64,000 nucleotides of DNA from assembly GCA_964016885.1 (NCBI GenBank), contig OZ024752.1, forward strand, positions 24,986,001 to 25,050,000, given 5' to 3'. Numbering within the stretch: the stretch's first letter is position 1; each line of letters begins with the position of its first letter. Shown here piece after piece: positions 1 to 14,244 of the stretch. The position numbers and the translations under genes were made by a program. Origin of the DNA: Eledone cirrhosa. Taxonomy: Eukaryota. Below the pieces are notes generated by a model, which saw only the letters and a list, made by a program, of their open reading frames with translations, was not told the DNA's origin and did no database searches.

Positions 1-845
1 TCTCCAACATTCTCCAACACACTGCCTTGCAATGTGGAACACTGCACGGCTTTGATCTTTCCATCGCAGAACATTGGCAAACCTCCTACTCTCAGCCTCC
101 CTGCGTGCTAAGTACACCTGACATCTACTTTGTCTCTTAGTAGCTGTATATCCTTCTCTACTCCCACACTTTTTACAAGCTTTCCATGCTAGTCTTTTGC
201 CTCTAATGGCCTTATCTACTGTGCTGTTCCACCACCAGGTCACTCTCTGTCTGGTTGGAGCTCTGCTCCAGCCACAAGTTTCATCAGTAGCCTGCAGTAA
301 GTTGTCATGTAAGAAATTCCAGTTATCATCTATGTCATATATCTCTAAATCGTCTTCTTTTTCGTCATACACATCTTAAAGGGCTTTCCTAAATTTGTAT
401 TTTAGTGAAAGGTGTTTTAGCTTCTATACCTTTCTTTTACACACCTTCCTGTATGTCTCATTCCATCTCTTGCTTACTGAGATATCATAACGTCTAAGCT
501 ATGCTGTGGGGTACATTCTTCCTCAGGGTATGTCTTGTTATTTTACACCATCTGCCTGTCCCGCTGCCTAACTAGTAAGAAGTCAATATGGCTTATGTGC
601 TCGCCTGATTTGTAGGTTATTAGGTCGTTGGCAGGTTTCTGGAAGTTAGTGTTGCAAATAGTCAGTGTACTTGCATCACAAAATTCAAGAAGTGTCACTC
701 CTTCTTCATTTCTTGAGCCGTAACCATGCCCACCATGTACCCCAATGTAACCATTCTGGAGCTGCCCAACATGACCATTGAAGTCCCCTGCTAGCATAAC
801 GATGTCTCCATCCTCTGTCTTTGCTGTTATTTGTAAAAGTTGCAT
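1..845 (-). mobile_element. RTE-clade LINE fragment (subfamily B), AP-endonuclease and linker region, decayed
   Basis: ORF 543..935 contains AGDFNGHVG, NTNF, ITYKSG, IDFLLV endonuclease motifs; near-identical to 36930-37776. Confidence 0.9.
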
Positions 846-910
846 ATATATATATGTATATATATATATGTATATGTGTATGTGTGTGTGTATATATTTA
901 TATATGTATA

Positions 911-1538
911 TGTTAAACCGGTGTTGACATATCACCAGGAGAGAAGATGATAGCTACATTAGAAAGTGCTATCAGAATGAATTTTTCGCTAAACTGTCAT
1001 AGAGCAGACCTCCCAAGAGATAGAAGGATATAATTTACAGAGCTTGCTTGAATACCACTGCTTACATTGGAGAGAATTGCTCTGGACAGGAAAGGTGATA
1101 TCTACAGTTTATCAATATAGAAATATAAAATTTCCACTGTTAAATCTATCTCTGCTTCTAAAGTATTCTGTATTATCTCATACTGTTTCTTTTTCATTTC
1201 AGAATACCAGATGACAGTGGGATAAATTATTATTTTCAATATTGAATACATCACCTCCATTTATCATAATTTTAAGACTAAAACATTTTAAACAGAACTT
1301 ATATAACACTTTTTATATAAATCAATTACTGTGAAATATTTCCTCAGAACTGAGTTTATTTTCATCACTATGAGATGATTTTGTATTTTAACTAAACTTG
1401 GGTGAAACATAAGTTTGTATTATCTTCAGATATTAACTGAAATTACAGTTGAGGGAAATATAGAAGAAATATTTTTAGGAATATAATATAAGAAATCTTT
1501 CATGAAAAACATTTGTATATTCTGTTGAAGAAAATATC
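911..1538 (+). repeat. Conserved ~630-bp leader of the ZNF cassette (copy 1 of 4)
   Basis: GTTAAACCGGTGTTGACAT-initiated block recurs at 16203, 25017 and 40597, always after a (TA)n/(TG)n tract and before a ZNF ORF. Confidence 0.9.
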
Positions 1539-2568
<1,030 letters not shown>

Positions 2569-2611
2569 TAATTCTCTTGGAGTAGTACCTTAATTGTCCA
2601 CAAACGTATAC

Positions 2612-5600
2612 TTCATCATCATCATCACCGTTTTACGTCCGTTCTTCCACGCTAGCATGGGTTAGACGGGTTGTCCTGTTGTGGGCAGTGTCTGGTCGGC
2701 TGACCATGCCTTGCTCATACAGGAACTGATTTGGCTTGCTTTCTACAGCTGGATGCCCTTCCTAACACCAACCTCATATACAGTGAGTGCTGGGTACTTT
2801 TTTTCCGTGGCGCCTACACGTCCACTTTATAGTGTGGGCTGGGTGCTTTTTTTCCATGGCACCTCCACGACCACCTTGGTGGGGGGCGTGGGGGCATATT
2901 GTCTATATGCTTCAGCTTGTACCCATGGGAGGTTGGGTACTCTGTATTACTGCGTGACGCCAGAAGTCACGGTCGTGTGTTATTGTCTTTGAGAGGTGTA
3001 ATTGGGTAAGGTCGGCTTTTATCACCTCATCGCAGGTCATCTTGGGTCTCCCCACTCCGCGGTTTCCATCAACTTCTAGTGCTCTGCACCTTTTTATGCA
3101 GCTATCATCCTTCATACGCATCACATGTCCATACCAGCGCAACCGCCTCTCCTGCACACAGCATTTGATTCCTCTTATGCTCAGTCTCTCTCTCAATTCA
3201 TTTATGCTTTGTCGTTCACGTATATTATTGTTACACATCCATCGGAGCATGCAGGCTTCGTTTCTCTCTAATCTACGTAAGTCTTCCACCTTCAGCGCCC
3301 AGGTCTCGCTACCATGCAACATCGCTGTTCGGATACACGCATCATACAGTCTGCCTTTCATTCTGAGGTAGAAGCCTTTTGCAGCGAGCAGTGGTAGTAG
3401 TTCCCTAAACTTCTTCCATCCCGTTCTTACCCTAGTTATTGCACTTTCTGAACACCCACCTCCGTTGCTAATTCGGTCACCTAGGTAACAGAAGCTGTCA
3501 ACTGTTTCTACAGGGCCCTCCCAGAGATTGGTGGTACTTGTTTCCTGTGGCTGTTTGCTGTTTGCTGTCTCAGCACAGCTGCTGCATGTTAATCCTACAT
3601 TCTTAATTAAGCTTCCTGAGATCCCGCTACATCTCTTGTGTACCCATTGTTTGCATTTGGGGCAGAGAATGGAGTTCCTACCTACACCTTTCCTACATAC
3701 TGAGCAAGGCCATTTCCCTGAGGGGATCTGGGTTCTGTTTTCTCGTCTACTTACAAGGACCTTAGTCTTTGTCATGTTGACTTTGAGACCCTTTCTTTCT
3801 AGTCCCTGCTTCCAGGTTTGGAATTTATTCTCTAGTTCTACCATAGATTCAGCTATGAGTGCGAGGTCATCAGCATACAGGAGTTCCCATGGGCATCCGG
3901 TCTTAAACTCCTCCGTTATTGCCTGCAGGACTATGATGAACAGGAGAGGGCTAAGAACAGAGCCCTGGTAGACCCCAACCTGTACGCTAAATTCCTCGCT
4001 ATACTCATTGCTAATCCTAACTTTGCTGACTGCTCCCCTATACATGGCTTGTACCGCTTTCACAAGCCATTCATCTACTCCTAGTTTTCTAAGAGCCCAC
4101 CAGATTACAGCGCGTGGAACTCTGTCAAAGGCTTTCTCAAGGTCGACAAATGTCAAGTAGAGTGGCTTACTTTTAGCGAGGTACTTTTCCTGTAATTGCC
4201 TCACAAGGAAGAGGGCATCAGTGGTGCCTCTTCCTGGTACAAACCCAAATTGCATCTCGTCTATTTTCACCCGGTCCCTAATCAGCTGTGCTATAACTCT
4301 TTCTGTTACTTTCATGACCTGGTCCATCAACTTTATACCTCTATAGTTTCCTCTATCTAGTGCATCACCTTTATCTTTGTAGCAGGCAGTTGACAATGAT
4401 GCTACTGCACCAATCTTTTGGTATGACACCTAGTATTACCTGGTTAACGATACGTATGCTATACCCGATGGACCGGTTGCCTTCCTCATCTTCATATCTT
4501 TGATTGCCTTACTTACTATGCTGCTGCTGACTTGTACTGCTGGCCCCTCTATAGGGTCTACTTGGGGTAGGGTCTCTTCTTCCCATGCATTCTGCTCATT
4601 TCGTAATCTATCATAATGGCTCTTCCATGCATCTTTCTTCTCAGCACTGTGAGGGCAAGCTCACCTTTATCATTCCAGATACACTTCTCTCCAATGACAT
4701 CACAATTCTCTCTGACACGCTGCCTCGCAATCTTGAACACCTCCTGTTTCTGGTCCTCACGTTGCAAAACATGCTTGAATTTCCTATCCTCTGCTTCCCT
4801 CCTAGCTCAGTATACTTGTCGCCTAGCTTCCCTCTTGGTCTCTATGTAATGTACCCTGCTTCCCCCGTTCTTCCATTCTTTCCATGCCTGTCTCTTGGCC
4901 TTAACTGCCTCATCTACCTTATTGTTCCACCACCAAGTCACTCTCCTCCTGCTTGTAGTCTTACTCCAGCCACAGATCTCATCCGTCGCCTCTAGTAAGT
5001 TATTTTTTAGGAACTCCCAGTGCTCTTCTATATTGAATGTGTCTATTTGTTCTTCTTTACTGTCGTAGGCGTTGAGTAAAATATCTTTAAATCTGTTACT
5101 GACTGAGGGGTCTTTCAGCTTCCAGATCTTTCTTCTCCAGGTTGGCCTTTGTTTCCATGTTCGTCTAGTTCTGACCGTGATGTCGCTGACAACTAAGCTA
5201 TGTTGGGAGGTACATTCCTCACTAGGGAAGGCTTTTGTGTTTATGACCATCCATCTGTCACGTCCTCTGATGAGGATAAAATCTATCTGACTAGAATGCT
5301 CCCCTGATCTATAGGTGATCAGGTGTTTGTCGGGTTTTTTGAAGTTTGTGTTACATATCGACATGTCTTTGGCGTCGCCGAATTCTAGAACTCTGAATCC
5401 TTCTTCATTTCTTGTGCCAACCCCATTGCGTCCATGGACTCTATTGAAGCCATCACAGTGTTTACCTACGTGTCCGTTAAAATCTCCTGCAATGATTAAG
5501 AAGTCATTGTCGTTTGTTAGAGCAGTAGTGTGCATTAGGGACTTGTAAAACCTATCCTTAAGTTCGTCTGGCAACCCCGATTGAGGTGCGTAAGCTGATA

Positions 5601-6608
5601 CTATTGTGGTAATTGTTTTATTCAGGTCTAGTCTGAGTTTAATGATTCTTGCATTTACCCTTTTCACTGAGATTACTTTATCTACCCACTTGTCAGCAAG
5701 TAGAATACCTACTCCACCCATCCCATCGTCATTTCCCACCCAGAAAAATTTGTAACACTGACTTTTTCCAACAAGGACTCTAGCAGACTCTCCTCTCCAT
5801 CTAGTCTCTTGCACACAGCATACATCAATTTCCTTTCGCTCTAGCATCTCTATGATTTCGCCTGCTCTTCCTTTCATTGTGCTTACATTGATGGTACCAA
5901 CTCGGAGTTTTGGGCATTTATCAACATTCGTGGCGAAGGGTCGATTTTTGCAGAATTGAAGCTTCACATGGGTGCTTGGTAGCTCGCGGATCCATATTCA
6001 TTTTCATATATTAATTCAGGGTTGCTCCATTTATTCTCAGCTCATCCATACATAACGGTAGGAAAATTCAGGGCTAGAAGAAAAGTGGTGGTGGTAATAA
6101 TGGAAGGGTGTGTTGGGCTGGGACGGGGGAGGAGAGAGGTAGGTAGTAGTAGAAATGGCAGGATTTGTTGGGGTTGGTAGTGGGTGTGGGGGGCATGCTG
6201 AGGTTTGATTGGTCGAATAGGCTATGGTGGTGTGAGGGGGTGGGCGGGGGGAAATTGTGAGGTAGGTAGCCAAATCATAGCCTGTAGCATCTCATTGCAA
6301 AATAGACCGATAGGAGTAGATCACTTTGAAGAGAAAGTGAACTGATGAATAAAACAACACTAATAATAGTGTAAGAGAGGAGAGTAGATGACTTCGTAGA
6401 GAGACAGCATGGTAGAGAAAATGAGGGTAAATAATTAATGTGTTGTGGAAGCTAGTGAAGTGATAAATACAGCAACAATTGTGTGAGCAGAACATTTGCA
6501 ATTGGGGAAATAGAGGGATACCTGGAAGATTTGGATGGATGGATGGCTGGAACATGGTTAAGCAGCTCTAGTAATTCATTTTAGCCTTTCAGAGTCAAGT
6601 GTGTCTTA
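2612..6608 (-). mobile_element. Near full-length RTE-clade LINE (subfamily A), frameshifted
   Basis: EN ORF 4807..5967 (GTINV, VQET, GDFNGH, IDFI); RT ORF 2912..4429 ([24 protein letters not shown]); (CAT)n 3' tail at 2613-2627; 5' UTR matches 43330-43900. Confidence 0.95.
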
Positions 6609-7356
6609 AAAGTTAAACAGAAATAACAACAGAATCGGTACAGTATATGGAAGGGATATATTAGGTTAACACTTGATATAACAGGAAGAGGGTCTTAACA
6701 TTTTGGATGCTGGTCCTTCATTAGAAGAAAGAATGAGAAATAAAATAGATTGAGGGGACGGGTGGGTTGGAATTGGAAAAATTGTCTTTAGATAAAAATA
6801 TCTATGTAATGTAATGTAATACAGCCAAAATGGGAAAATACTTTGAAAAGAAGATGACCCTGAAATGGCAATACAAATGGAATAAAACAAGTTTCGAGTA
6901 AATCGGAGCAGGTGTTCCCGAGATATGGGGCTTCTGGGGTACCTTCATAAATAGAGAGAAAGAGCGAGAGGAGGGAGAGTGGTTGTGACAGAACAGATTG
7001 AAAGAGAGAATAGAGAGACAAAGAGAGAAGGAGAGAGAGGGGGAGAGAGCTGGTGGTGTTGTGTATATACATATATATATATGTGAGTGTGTGTGTGTAT
7101 ATATGTATATGTGTGTGTGTCTATAACCAGTATATATAGATCACAGACACCCACATATATATATACAAACACATACATATATATATATATATGTATATAC
7201 ACACACACATTTATATATATATATATACACACACACGTATATATATATATGGGCCTTCCAGTTTCACATTATATACATGTCTGTATGAAATTATATTGTG
7301 GTGAACGTTACCCAACGGGTCACAGGTGGTCTACATACATACATATATATATATAT

Positions 7357-7748
7357 ATCATCATCATCATCATCATTTGACGTCCGCTTTTCCCTGCTTG
7401 CAAGGGTGGGACAGGAACTGATTCTGGCTTGATCTCTACAGCTAGATGCCCTTCCTAACACCAACTTCATTTACAGTGAGTGCTGGGTGCTTTTTTGCTG
7501 TGGTGCCTACACGAACACTTTACAGTGACTGCTGGGTGCTTTTTTGCTGTGGTGCCTACACGACGACTTTGCAGTGGAATGATAGGGACGCCAGTCCTAT
7601 CATCTCATTTCTACAGCTGAGTAAACTGGAGCAATGTGAAATAAAGTGTCTTGCTCAAGGAAACAACACACCACCCGGTCTGAGAATTGAACACACAACC
7701 TTTCGATTACATGGCTTAGTGGCTCTAACCACTAAGCCATGTGCCTCC
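7357..7748 (-). mobile_element. tRNA-derived SINE with CORE-like body and RTE-derived 3' tail
   Basis: A/B-box-like head, CCTTGAGCAAGACACTT body, RTE tail and (ATG)n end; same family at 29178 and 48240. Confidence 0.8.
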
Positions 7749-7811
7749 ATATATATATATTTATATCATGCAAGAATTTGTTGGTGATTCCTCTCTCTCT
7801 CACTTCCACAG

Positions 7812-8809
7812 AATCTCTGTATTGGACAACAAGACTCAGTACAGTGTCTCCTTCATATGTTGGACTACCTCAACACTAATGATACTCTTACAGGTAAGTA
7901 CATATCCATCAAAGCTGGAGGTGAAGCAATTATCAAAGTACTTTAACATCTTTTTAACTGTTTTATCACTACAGGAAAGAAGCCCAGACTTGTTCAAGAA
8001 AGTTGTACTCTACAAAAAGGTAGCAGACTTGATTGTGGGAACTATTGTCCTATCAGCCTATTAACCCTTTAATGTTCAAACCGGCCAGAATTCTTTACCT
8101 CTTTGTGTTGAAAGTGGCTGTAACTGGTCGCTCAAACTGATGTTATGGTATTGTCCTCAAAATAAATACTTTCAAAATCTCATAGATTCGATATTATGTA
8201 AGATAAAGTCTTTACTGTGAAAATACAATAGTATATATAGAGTAATGTAAATGTTATGTGAGATATTATGTGAGGTAAAGTCTTTACTGTGAAAATACAA
8301 TAGCATATATAGAGTAATGTAAATGTTATGTGAGATATTATGTGAGGTAAAGCCTTTACTGTGAAAATACAATAGCATATATAGAGTAAAGTAAATGTTA
8401 TGTGAGATATTATGTGAGGTAAAATCTTTACTGTGAAAATACTATAGTATATATAGAGTAATGTAAATGTTATGTGAGGTAAAGCTTCTTCTTCTCTCTC
8501 TCCCTCACACACTTTCTCTTCCTCTCTCTCTAGAAAGCCAGATCCTTTCTCAACCATGGAACAATGTATTACTTGATGTCCTGTTTAGGGGTCACAAACT
8601 GTCAGATTTCTCTGACCCTATGCTTTCGCTCATCATCAAGGTCTCCCTTTATTTATATCCCTACTTTGTGTGGTTGGTTCCTAGATCATGATCATAACAC
8701 CGTCATCCTGAAATACCACATCCACCAGATGCTGAAGAATGCACACGCCATGTTAAAAGCTGGTCAAATCCAATCAGATCAAGTCCTCATGAAGAGTCTG
8801 TTGCACAAG
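7812..8809 (+). pseudogene. Three exon-like segments (7812-7893, 8534-8640, 8685-8809) of an unidentified spliced gene; possible USP-like QQD box
   Basis: AG acceptors and GT donors; exons 1 and 2 are phase-compatible (NLCIGQQDSVQCLLHMLDYLNTNDTLT-ESQILSQPW...); inverted duplicate at 47844-50045. Confidence 0.4.
8195..8485. repeat. 72-bp AT-rich tandem repeat (~4 units)
   Basis: Unit TTTACTGTGAAAATACAATAG...TGTGAGGTAAAG with period 72; inverted longer array at 48900-49655. Confidence 0.9.
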
Positions 8810-8955
8810 GTAAATAGTATGTGTGTGTATATGTGTGTGTGTGTGTGTATATATATGTGCATGTGTATATATATGTGTGTGTTTGTATATATGTGTGTGT
8901 GTGTATAAATGTGTGTGTGTATATGTATATATGTGTGTGTGTGCGTGTATATATA

Positions 8956-8990
<35 letters not shown>

Positions 8991-9339
8991 GTGTGTGTAT
9001 ACATATATATATATGTGTGTGTGTGTGTATACATATATATGTGTGTGTGTGTATATATATATAGTTAGAGAGGTGTGTATATAATAAATAATGTATATAA
9101 TCTACGCCTAATCGTGATTAAAACTTCTACTTTGCAGCTTTCGACTGTAGCTGGCAGCTGTGATGGTAACAAGAATGTAGTACTCAATATAGGATACATG
9201 ATAGAGAGTAGCATTGAGGAAGGGGAAAATACATAATGAAAAAAGCACCAATATATATATAGCATATATATATACATACTATATATATATATATATATAC
9301 ATACTACATATATATATATATATATAAAAGGAAAACAGA

Positions 9340-10032
9340 AATAACAACACAATCGGTACAGTATATGGAAGGGATATATTAGGTTAACGATTGATTTAGC
9401 AGGAAGAGGGTCTTAACGTTCCAGACGCTAGTCCTTCATCAGAAGAAAGAATGAGAAATAAAATAGATTAAGGGGACGGGTGGGGTGGAATTGGAAAAAT
9501 GTCTTTAGATAAAAATAACAGGTCCATTCATGTTGACATCTCTTGCAAAACTATATATAATGATATTAATAAATGGAAACTATATTTATAAAACCATATT
9601 TATTCTATTATACATATTCCAAGGGTACCAAAACTTTGGTACGCTCTCATCAGATAAAATACAAAGTTTGTTTTATAAACAGTGACATACCCAGGAATGA
9701 TACATTAACGGTCCAAGTTTCTCCTGGATAGAAAAAGGAAAAAGAGAAAAAGGGAAGAAAGGAAAAAACAAATATTTCAAATTATTTTGATGAATATGCA
9801 GATGATAATTTACCACAATTATTACAGTGATATGGCTTTTCTCCAGTATATATATATGTTTCTATGTAGTTAATGTAGCAATGAAAGAGAATAATTTCTC
9901 CCCAATATCACAATGGTATGTCTTCTCACTCATATGAATGTATTTGTGTTTAATTAATTCACCATTTTGAGATAATGTGATATGACTTTGTTATGGTTTC
10001 TCACCTGTATGGGTATATTTGTGTCTAGTTAA
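9340..10032 (-). repeat. Orphan, inverted 3' tail of a ZNF cassette (end of last finger, tail, two mutated hammerhead motifs)
   Basis: Reverse complement of the block at ~42290-43005. Confidence 0.85.
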
Positions 10033-10036
10033 TTAG

Positions 10037-10799
10037 CCGAATTAGCAGCGGAGGTGGGTGTTCAGAAAGTACAATAACTAGGGTAAGAACGGGATGGAAG
10101 AAGTTCAGGGAACTACTGCCACTGCTAGCTGCAAAAGGCTTTTCCCTCAAAATGAAAGGCAAACTATATGATGCGTGTATACGAACAGCAATGTTACATG
10201 GTAGTGAGACCTGGGTGCTGAAGGTGGAAGACTTACGTAGATTAGAAAGAAATGAAGCCTGCATGCTCCGATGGATGTGTAATAGTAATATACGCGAACG
10301 GAAAAGCATAAATGAATTGAGAGAGAGACTGAGCATAAGAGGAATCAAATGCTGTATGTAGGAGAGGCGGTTGCATTGGTATGGACATGTGATGCGTATG
10401 AAGGATGACAGCTGTATAAAGAGGTGCAGAGCACTAGAAGTCAATGGAAACCGCGGATTGAGAAGACCCAGGAAGACCTCGGATGAGGTGATAAAAGCCG
10501 ACCCTACCCAATTACACCTCTTAAAGGCGATGACACACGACTGTGACCGTGGAGGCGCCATGGCAAAAAAGCACCCAGCCCACACTGAAAAGTGGACGTG
10601 TAGGCGCCACGGAAAAAAAGCACCCAGCACTCACTGTAAATGAGGTTGGTGTTAGGAAGGGCATTCAGCTGTAGAAATCAAGCCAAAAACAGTTCCTGTA
10701 TGAGCAAGGCATGGTCACCGACCAGACACTGCCCACAACAGGACAGCCCGTCTAACCCATGCTAACATGGAAGAACAGACTTAAAACGGTGATGATGAT
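10037..10799 (+). mobile_element. RTE-A 3' fragment
   Basis: LHGSETW and WYGHVMRM motifs, family-A 3' UTR, (GAT)n end. Confidence 0.9.
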
Positions 10800-10997
10800 T
10801 ATATATGTATATACATATATGATTGATAGCAGATGTTCTGGTGAAATAGTAGTTTTACTACTACAGATTGTAATGGAACTCTTAGTAGACACAATTGTAA
10901 AGTAAGAATAGATATGACAGTATAAGACTGATGTAGGGGACCTCAAATGTTAAGGTTGTCTTTATGCGGGTATGTCAATATTTATAAAACAAATCTG

Positions 10998-11063
10998 TAT
11001 TTTATCTGATGAGAGTGCACCAAAATTTGCCTTGGTTGCCCTTGAAATATATATAATAAAATA
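10998..11063 (+). ncRNA. Minimal type I hammerhead ribozyme motif (ZNF-tail family, orphan copy)
   Basis: Stem I TATTTTAT/ATAAAATA, CTGATGA, stem II, GAAA, palindromic stem III ATATATAT, AUA triplet. Confidence 0.7.
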
Positions 11064-11214
11064 ATTATGGTTTTATAATTATAGTTTCCATTTATTAATA
11101 TATTGTATATATATATATATAATTGTTACACATGAGATACAATTAGATTAATTAAAGTTATAATGAAGACAGCAGGGACTCGGTGTCGTTGAGACTGATT
11201 CAACTCTGTTACCG

Positions 11215-11505
11215 GTGTCATCAACCCCCGTAAGGATAAAAGGCAAAGTTAACCTCGGCAGGATTTCAACTCCGTTCATAAAGGGAGGTAACTCTATGCT
11301 ACAAAGCATGGCGTCCGGTATTTTAAATAATTGTTTCTACTTTTGGCACAAGGCCAGCAATTACACAGTGCAATAATGATACTTTATTTTATCGACCCCG
11401 TAAGGATGAAAGGTAAAATTAACCTCGACGGGATTTGAACTCAGACCGTAAAGGGACGCGACTATGCTGGAAAACATGGCGTCCAACTCCCTACCGATAC
11501 TGCAA
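11215..11505 (-). mobile_element. Tandem partial tRNA-derived SINEs (Meta-domain-like)
   Basis: Reverse complement of GAGTTCAAATCCCG...CCTTTCATCCTTACGGGGTCGATAAAATAAAGTACC; also at 27315, 30738 and 49025. Confidence 0.7.
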
Positions 11506-12062
11506 ATAATAAAGACAGTCATGATAACAATAACCTGAAATATTGGATTACGTCGATTGCTCTCCCTAATATTACATCAAGATTGACTATACGGAATGAC
11601 CAGTTCTATCCAGGGATGAACCAACAAACCTAAATGTATATATATATATGCAAGCGGGAGAATGATATTCTGACGGTCTTCCAGTTTATTCTGAAGTCTG
11701 TACAAAAGATTTGCTGTTGAATGTATAACTAAACTTTGGAGATTTTAAACAAAAAACTAAGTTGTAATGGATAATATCACTGCTATTTCTAGCAGTTAGA
11801 GAGACTACGTAGAGGTTTGCTTATTGATATATAATTGATATTTTACTGAGTGATACTTTCTGATTTACAATCAATTAAATATGATTGGAACTGTGTCTGA
11901 ATGTATTAAATTATATCAGGGAATTTTAATGTATGACACCGGTACGAGAGTTGAAACATTCCCAATGACACTGAGTACCTGCTGTCTTAATTATAACTTT
12001 AATTAATCTAATTATATCTTGTGTAACACTTATATATATATATATGAAGATATATATATATA

Positions 12063-13707
12063 TATGAAGAAGGGGAAGGCAACCGGTCCATCGGGTATAG
12101 CTGCCAAGATGCTGAAGGCATCTGGGTCTATAGGTCACACTATAACCACACGTATTGTTAACCAGGTAATACTAGAAGGTGTCATACCAAACGATTGGTG
12201 CAGTAGCATCATTGTCAACTGCTACAAAGGTACAGGTGATGCACTCGATAGAGGAAACTATAGAGGTATGAAGCTGATGGACCAGGTCATGAAAGTAACA
12301 GAAAGAGTTATAGCACAGTTGATTGGGGACCGGGTGAAACTAGATGAAATGCAATTTGGGTTTGTATCAGGAAGAGGCACCACTGATGCCCTCATCATAG
12401 TCCTGCAGGCAATAACGGAGGAGTTTAAGACCGGATGCCCATGGGAACTCCTGTATGCTGATGACCTCGCACTTATAGCTGAATTTATGGTAGAACTAGA
12501 GAAGAAATTCCAAACTTGCAAGCAGGGACTAGAAAGAAAGGGGCTCAAAGTCAACATGACAAAGACTAAGATCCTTGTAAGTAGAGGAGAAAACAGAACC
12601 CAGATCACCTCAGGGAAATAGCCTTGCTCAGTATGTAGGAAAGGTGTAGGTAGGAACTCCATTCCCTGCCTCAAATGCAAACAATGGGTACACAAGAGAT
12701 GTAGCGGGATCTCAGGAAGCTTAATTAAGAATGTAGGCTTCACATGTAGCAGCTGTGCTGGACAGCAAGCAGTCACAGGAAATAAGTACCACCAATCTCT
12801 GGGCGGGCTCTGTAGAAACAGTAGACAGCTTCTGCTACCTAGGTGACCGAATTAGCAGCGGAGATGGGTGTTCAGAAAGTACAATAACTAGGGTAAGAAC
12901 GGGATGGAAGAAGTTCAGGGAACTACTACCACTGCTAGCTGCAAAAGGCTTCTCCCTCAAAATGAAAGGCAGACTGTATAATGCGTGTATCCGAACAGCA
13001 ATGTTACATAGTAGTGAGATCTGGGCACTGAAGGTGGAAGACTTACGTAGATTAGAAAGAAACGAAGCCTTCCTGCTCCAATGGATGTGTAATAGTAATA
13101 TACACGAACGACCAAGCATAAATGAATTGAGAGGGAGACTGAGCATAAGAGGAATCAAATGCTGTGTGCAGGAGAGGCGGTTGCGTTGGTATGGACATGT
13201 GATGCGTATGAAGGATGACAGCTGCATAAAAAGGTGCAGAGCACTAGAGTCGATGGAAACCGCGGTGTGGGGAGACCCAAGATGACCTGGGATGAAGTGA
13301 TAAAAGCCGACCTCACCCAATTACACCTCTCAAAGGCGATGACACACGATCGTGACATCTGGATTCACGCAGTAATACAGAGTTCCCGACCTCCCATGGG
13401 TACAAGCTGAAGCATATAGACAATATGCCCCCACACCCTCCCACTGCAAGGTGGTCGTGGAGGTGCCACGGCAAAAAAGCACCCAGCCCACACTGTAAAG
13501 TGGATGTGTAGGCGCCACGAAAAAGCACCCAGCACTCACTGTAAATGAGGTTGGTGTTAGGAAGGGCATCCAGCTGTTGAAATCAAGCAAAATCAGTTCC
13601 TGTATGAGCAAGGCATGGTCAGCCGACCAGACACTGCCCACAACAGGACAACCCGTCTAACCCATGCTAGCGTAGAAGAACGGACGTAAAACGATGATGA
13701 TGATGAT
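12063..13707 (+). mobile_element. 5'-truncated RTE-A copy with an internal RT deletion
   Basis: RT motifs with TTDAL joined directly to IIVLQ; YADD; full 3' UTR and (GAT)n tail. Confidence 0.92.
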
Positions 13708-14244
13708 ATATACAATTTTCTTTCCCTGACATCAGTCTCACACTGTCATATCTATTCTTACTTTACAATTGTGTCTACTAAGAGTTCCATTTCAATCTGT
13801 AGTTGTAAAACTAGTATTTCACCAGAACATCTTCTATCAGTCATTTATAGACAATATATATATTTTAAACCACATATCACCCTAATATATATATATATAT
13901 TTCCTCTCAAATCTGTAGCTAAAGACATAACGTCAGCCTCACAACTTCATTCTGACAAGATATCAATTTATGACTAAAGATGAAGAAGATACACCAATGT
14001 TAATGTCGTGAAATAAAGCTGGTAACATCTTTGAAACTTCTAATTTGATAACAAAGAGATTATTTCTTTGGTTGTTTAGTAAAAACTAACAACACAACAT
14101 ATTGATTATATCTGAAGGAGGTAAGTTGACAAAGATTTACTTAATGTCTATATTAATGTGTGTAAATAATATAATTATTTATATTTAGCTGTACCTTGTT
14201 ATTGCTTTAAGTAAATTAAAGATATTTTTATTATTTAAATTACC

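Noticed and set aside
3042-3971. Antisense ORFs over RTE copies
   Set aside because: Shadow frames of the RT ORF that recur only because the LINE recurs
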